Positions 21,399 through 26,475 of a stretch of DNA of 26,475 nt are shown piece after piece. The notes under the pieces are model-generated. The model made no database searches, was not told the origin of the DNA, and saw nothing but the letters and a program-made list of their open reading frames with translations. How positions within the stretch are numbered: the stretch's first letter is position 1; each line of letters starts with the position of its first letter. The DNA comes from Paramecium tetraurelia (Eukaryota). The stretch covers positions 248,001-274,475 of the forward strand of contig CT868012.1 in assembly GCA_000165425.1 (NCBI GenBank), read 5' to 3'. Made by a program: the position numbers and the translations under genes.

Positions 21399-21739
21399 CA
21401 TGCTTCAAGCTAGTCAGTAAGTAAAAAATACTCGACATTATTAATTAACACAAACTCTAGATTTCCAACTGATTTCTGATATCCCACTGCTCTTTTTGTC
21501 CATGTAATCTTCAACACCTCAAAGTTCTTCTAATGATGCTCATTTGATCTTTACTTATTTCAAATTCAACATCCATCTAAAAGTTCCAGGATTTGTGCAA
21601 TTGAGATCCTTCTAATTATTTTTATAAAAATGAAATTTGCTAAGAATTCCTCTACTGTTGCTATGAATAGTAATAGCCATAATTCAAAGTCTTTTATAAG
21701 GATCATCATCACCTTACTATTTTTATTTCCAATCTTCAT
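21399..21739 (-). pseudogene. Possible degenerate coding remnant
   Basis: Composition is more coding-like than the flanks, with short protein-like segments in different frames (NEHHQKNFEVLKITWTKRAVGYQKSVGNLEFVL; YEDWKQKQQGDDDPYKR). TGA interrupts every frame and no intron set rescues it. Confidence 0.3.
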
Positions 21740-22043
21740 ATAAATTTGTACTAGTTAATATTATTTTTCAAAGAAGAAGTACAAATTTATCAAAATTAGC
21801 ACATTTATCAAAATAAAAAGAATTTCTATTTGAAATTATTTATTATTTCTAATTTATTAAATAATCAGAAACTTAGCAATATTTAACGCTTGGATGAATT
21901 AGATGTGTCAATAAAAAAAAACTTAAAATTTCTGTAATTATAACAAATTACTTTAATTGTGAATTATATTTGCTCCATTCTTTATTTAGTATTTTATAGT
22001 ATTTAATTGCTAAAATATATTCAATTATTTATTAAATAAAATA

Positions 22044-22677
22044 ATGGGTAATTGTGAAACTAGCAACACAGTTATAGGTGAACCACAATTTTAATAAATT
22101 GGAACTGGAGCTGAAGCAAGAAACTTTAGTTCTACTTATAAAAGTGAATATGTTGAGGTACATGGTAATCTCGCAGTTGTTGAGGAACAAGAAGAAGGAG
22201 GTTTAGTCCTTTTGGATGAACCTGCAAAAGAACAAGACCTAATAAAGGTGAAGATTTGTTGCGATACAATATAAACAGTAAAATTCATTAACATATCAGA
22301 GTATCGGTATTGGAATAGTGGATTTCGATATTGTCAAAGAAACCGATTTTTCAGGAAATTGCAATTATGGATTAGACCATGGAATGTGGATTGTTTATTC
22401 AGACAAATGTAAATTACTCATCTATTTTTAAGTGGTTGCTGCTTCCAATGATGAGAATCTTGATAAGAAATCTCTAGGAATCGAAGTAAAATAAGGAGAG
22501 ATTATTGAATGTATTAGAAATGGAGATGCATTCATAATTAGAAAAGCTGGGGAAAATAATAAATAAATTACCTTCAAATTACCTCCTAATAAAAATTACA
22601 GATTTGCTGCATATTTGTTTAGCGGTTGGGACAGTAAAGAAGCAAAAGTATCCGAGGCTAGAATTGAAACATTGTGA
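22044..22677 (+). CDS. SPRY/B30.2-like beta-sandwich protein with MGNC N-terminal acylation motif, ~195 aa
   Basis: ATG 22044, introns 22278-22299 and probably 22409-22432, TGA 22675-22677. Segments IKVKIC..SIGIGIVD..GLDHGMWIVYSDK..GIEVKQGEIIEC..KLPPNKNYRFAAYL follow a SPRY-like strand pattern. Confidence 0.75.
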
Positions 22678-22713
22678 TATTTATACACAATTATTATGTT
22701 GATAATTAAATCA

Positions 22714-23272
22714 TCATTCAACCTATTCTAATCCTGTTACCAAGGCTTTCTTAGCAAAATTAGCAACCAAATATCCTGCCTCATGATATTCGTGTTATGT
22801 ATTCCATAGAAGATTTCCCTAATGAATCTCTTTCTTGGTAACAAAGAAGTGTGCCATTGCGTATTCATAGATTTTATCAGTGATTTGTTCCATTCTATCT
22901 GTCTCCTTCAATCCATATAACGTACACATCTCAACAAATTCAGGTTCGGCATATAAGCAGCTAGTATATTCCTCTGGTAGCGACTATATAAATGTGAACT
23001 TCAAATACATTAAAATAGTCATCAACTTCCTTTTTTAATGCTAATAATTAGGATACACTAGCCTTGTCAGCTTTCTGTAACATATAACCAACAAATTCGA
23101 AAATGTCAATCTAAATCGCATCGTCTCCACAATTAGAAACATGCTATGGTTGAGGCAATTTGTTGTATTCATAAGCTCCTTCTAATGCTTCTTGGTTATA
23201 TTGGCGTTCAGCAGGTGTGTAAATGCATGATGTCATTGCAAAGCAGATGATTAATATAGCAATTGATTTCAT
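22714..23272 (-). CDS. Small secreted protein of unknown function, ~177 aa
   Basis: ATG 23272, signal peptide MKSIAILIICFAMTSC, 25-nt intron 23008-22984, TGA 22716-22714 followed by a second TGA. Helical-looking body with three further Cys. Confidence 0.82.
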
Positions 23273-23514
23273 TTTAAATATATATATTATATATATCTTT
23301 TGAAATCAAAGCATCATTTTCAATCCAAACTAATCAAATCACTAATTGTACAAGATCTTAGGGTTATTATTTAAAATCATGTAGAAAATATAAGAATCAA
23401 AAGGATTTTTAACTACCTATTTACTATTTGACCATTTCCATATTAAGACACAGACGCTAATTTATTGCTATTCATATAATATCAATTGTTGAATTAAATA
23501 AAATGTATTAAATC

Positions 23515-23803
23515 TCAAAAAAATGATTGTAATTTATTTCCTCCAGGTATTTTATCTATGATTTCCTTGGCTTTTTTTACCTTTTCATCAACATCTTAAA
23601 TTGTCTTACTGACTTTAGACATATTCTCATTAATCTAATACTTAATATATGAATATTACATTTTTGGTTGTCGACTCTAAAGTACTTGACAAAGCAATCA
23701 TCTTTTCAACTTGAGGCGCAATTTTGGAAAGCGCATCCATGTCTTCTCGTAATTGTCTTATGCTATCTCCTAATTATTATACTCTTTGAATATCGTTTCC
23801 CAT
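23515..23803 (-). CDS. Small (~87 aa) coiled-coil protein with Gly2 (possible myristoylation)
   Basis: MGNDIQRVQQLGDSIRQLREDMDALSKIAPQVEKMIALSSTLESTTKN, 25-nt intron 23659-23635, then INENMSKVSKTIQDVDEKVKKAKEIIDKIPGGNKLQSFF and TGA 23517-23515. Confidence 0.78.
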
Positions 23804-24334
23804 TATTTAATTTATTATTAATTTTATTTTAATATTTATTTAATTATATTTCATTTTAATTTTAGATACCTATATACATAATAAACTTTGAATAAATAAA
23901 TCAAAAATTATTTTTCTCTTAAAACAAAATTGAGATTAATAATTACAATTAAAATAAATATTCATTACCTGAAATCATTAAATAATATATCATTCCAAAT
24001 AATAATTAAATTAATTATAAATCACTAATCAAATTATCTTTTCCTTTTTATAAGTAATAAGACATTATAATAACAATTACCCTAATGCATTGACTTATCC
24101 ATAAAGTTTCTTTAATTTTCGTTATGGATTCAAACTTAATAAATGGTAAACCAGATTCAAGCCATTTTTTAATTATTTAATTTAGCTATTTTATTTTAAT
24201 AACTGTATAGAGAATTCAAATTTAAGTATTTGTTACAATTTAATTTATATTCTACTACCGATTTTTGTTTTGGCAATCTTAAACTTCTATTATATTCTGT
24301 TTTCCTCAATATCGATTTACTAAAACATTATTCA

Positions 24335-24762
24335 TTCTCCCAACCCCCACCAACAAAGTCCTTAACCCCTTATTATACCGGCCTAACGATCTCCCCCCCC
24401 CCCCCCATCCTTCGTTTTCCACACCCTATAATCGCCCCCCCCCATTCCCCCCCCCCCCCAATCCTCTCCCCCCCCCCCCCCCCCCCCCCACCCTACACAC
24501 CTTTGCCCCTCGCTCATAATTACGCCGTCAATTCTGCGCACAAAGCATTTAGCAATTTATTCTGCTGGCGCAAATTCGCTTGCGCGCTAAAAGCTTTCCA
24601 CACAATTCTGGCTCTCCCTGTGCTCAAATCTTCATTAGTCCCCCTCAAGTCCCTATCGCTCCTAAACTCCCTCCCCTTTTCCCCCCCTCAACCCCTTCAA
24701 CGCCAAGCCCCCCCCCCCCTCGCCCGCCCCCCCCCCCCCGCCTTTCTCCGGGGCCGGGCCCC
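24335..24762. other. C-rich low-complexity segment, probably low-quality sequence-read end
   Basis: Abrupt change from very AT-rich sequence to long irregular poly-C runs, ending directly at an N gap. Confidence 0.8.
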
Positions 24763-24912
24763 NNNNNNNNNNNNNNNNNNNNNNNNNNNNNNNNNNNNNN
24801 NNNNNNNNNNNNNNNNNNNNNNNNNNNNNNNNNNNNNNNNNNNNNNNNNNNNNNNNNNNNNNNNNNNNNNNNNNNNNNNNNNNNNNNNNNNNNNNNNNNN
24901 NNNNNNNNNNNN
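24763..24912. other. Assembly gap (150 N)
   Basis: Run of n characters. Confidence 1.
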
Positions 24913-25613
24913 GTATAATTTATAGTTAAACAAAATGCAAAAAATTTTCGGGATAAATCAATTAGGGTGGGTATTCGAGAATTTTATATATTAAAATGAT
25001 AAGATGTAAAATTAAGTAATTGAAACTCTTAAAAAATCTATAATAAGTATTAGAATACAAAATTTAAAATTTGATTAAGATTAAAACTCAATTTAAAAGG
25101 ATTGTTTAGAAAAAATGCCTTTGTTACTAATATAATTTTATTTTTTTTTTAAAATCCCTAGCTTTTACAAATTTTAATACTTCGTTAGTAAATATTTTAT
25201 TTAATTTTTTTTAGATTAATCCTCCAAGAATAATAGAAAAGGTCTTATAGCTAATAGAATAATGGAAAGCAGGATTAGGACGTACTTTAGACAATCCTTA
25301 TCTTTAATATTTAGATGAAAAAAAGCCTTTTGATTAATTTTCATCTTAAGACTTAATATTGGCTCCACGTTATTCTAAATTATTTTCACTATTTAACTAC
25401 TATTAGGGGTAATCGAGTCAGAACAACCAACTTAAGATTTAAAGTGCAAGTTAATAGAAAAATGGTGTCCTCTTTTTAAATGGCGATATTAACAAATAAA
25501 TTTTGAATAATTGGGAAAAAATATTCTGAGATTTAAATATTTCCTTCAAACATTTTGGATATAATAAAGTTAGATACAGTTAATTATTTAGAACCTATAG
25601 GTAGGTTTTTTGA

Positions 25614-26378
25614 TACAATAAGCTAATACCTTGTTTCATCTGGTAATTGTTTACTATAAATTGTACATAATAATAAATACTTTATAAAAAATATTTTAAT
25701 GAAAAAAAGTTTAGTCATCCAAATATAGATTTTAGTGCTAACTCTTGCAGATCTGGTTCCATAAGTCATAGCTAATACTCGGCTGGTCGTGAGCGAGGGC
25801 TTGACTTTAATTCTTTAATGTTGTAAATTAGGAAGTTTAAACTGATTGAGGTTAAGATGTTCTAGAACAAATTTGGTTTAGATGATGAGAATAAAGATTA
25901 ATGGGAGGCCTATTGAATTGAGATGATAATGGCCAAATTAGACCCAAAAGAATCTAGACTAAGCATGATCTAAACCATGCTATCTACTTTTGGCAAAGAG
26001 ATTAATTTATCAGGATTTGGTTCTTAGATTGACGATGCATCTAGTATATACCACATAATGGTTAATTGGTTATAGAATAAAGAATCATGTATCTAGTAAA
26101 ACTGGAGCTGTTTGGAGGAAATCTTTTATTGGATAATCATAAAATAACAAAGTTAATCTTTCTTTAAAAAAAATGTTTGGTTTAAATTTGGAATTCCTAA
26201 TAAGAAAAAAGTGTTATAATGCTAAGGCATAAGTCAGTTAAGTTCAGAATCAGATTTGAGTCAGAAATATTTTGGAGTAAAAAAAAATTAAGTTACACGC
26301 CTATGGCGCAGTGTCTAGTTCGATTTTGGATCTGTCTCTTTATAGACAGTCCCACAAGATTTTACTAATGATTCATGA
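25614..26378 (+). pseudogene. Possible decayed ORF (about 255 codons with one internal TGA at 25914)
   Basis: One code-6 frame is open 25614-25913 and 25917-26375 (..MFQNKFGLDDENKDQWEAY*IEMIMAKLDPKESRLSMIQTMLSTFGKEINLSGFGSQIDDAS..). No recognisable family. Confidence 0.3.
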
Positions 26379-26446
26379 AGGGTTATTGACAGGAAACAGG
26401 TTAAATTTGGTTTAAACACTGAACTGTAACCGTATAGGACAACACT

Positions 26447-26463
26447 GGGTTTTGGGTTTTGGG
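26447..26463 (+). repeat. Telomere-like G/T repeat (GGG TTTT GGG TTTT GGG)
   Basis: Lies 12 nt from the end of the window, with the G-rich strand pointing outward. It is an imperfect match to Paramecium TTTGGG/TTGGGG. Confidence 0.4.
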
Positions 26464-26475
26464 ACTGGATTACCG

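Noticed and set aside
24230..24933. Proline-rich/extensin-like ORFs (231, 112 and 78 aa) and a possible G-quadruplex or foreign GC-rich insert
   Set aside because: They derive from irregular poly-C runs leading into an N gap, which is typical of a failing read end, and their length is inflated by Ns.
1..26475. CRISPR arrays, tRNA/rRNA genes, transposases, retained IESs
   Set aside because: No spaced direct repeats, cloverleaf, DDE motif or TA-bounded insertion interrupting a gene was seen. All interruptions are GT..AG introns or single bases.

Overview
AT-rich ciliate macronuclear DNA, almost certainly Paramecium (inferred from the code, intron sizes and gene content). It uses nuclear genetic code 6 (TAA/TAG = Gln, TGA the only stop), has 22-32 nt GT..AG introns and very short intergenic spacers. 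The supplied standard-code ORF track is therefore fragmentary, and I re-translated by hand with code 6. Bases 1-23800 hold about 13 genes: an RCC1-repeat/TKL-type kinase (5'-partial), a 105-aa twin-CX3C protein, a DZIP1/Iguana-like zinc-finger protein, a PH+CLU+TPR protein, a coiled-coil hypothetical, a prominin/tweety-like 5-TM protein, an SLC26/SulP-STAS transporter, THADA/Trm732, a trichocyst matrix protein precursor, a TraB-domain protein, an acylated SPRY-like protein, a small secreted protein and a small MG-start coiled-coil protein. After these come a low-quality C-rich read end, a 150-N gap and a gene-poor, possibly subtelomeric tail. Five apparent +1 frameshifts interrupt three otherwise intact genes and are most likely base-call errors. 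I see no prokaryote-type system (CRISPR, IS, operon). The novelty lies in domain architectures and gene-structure oddities, and all family calls come from motif recognition, not database searches.
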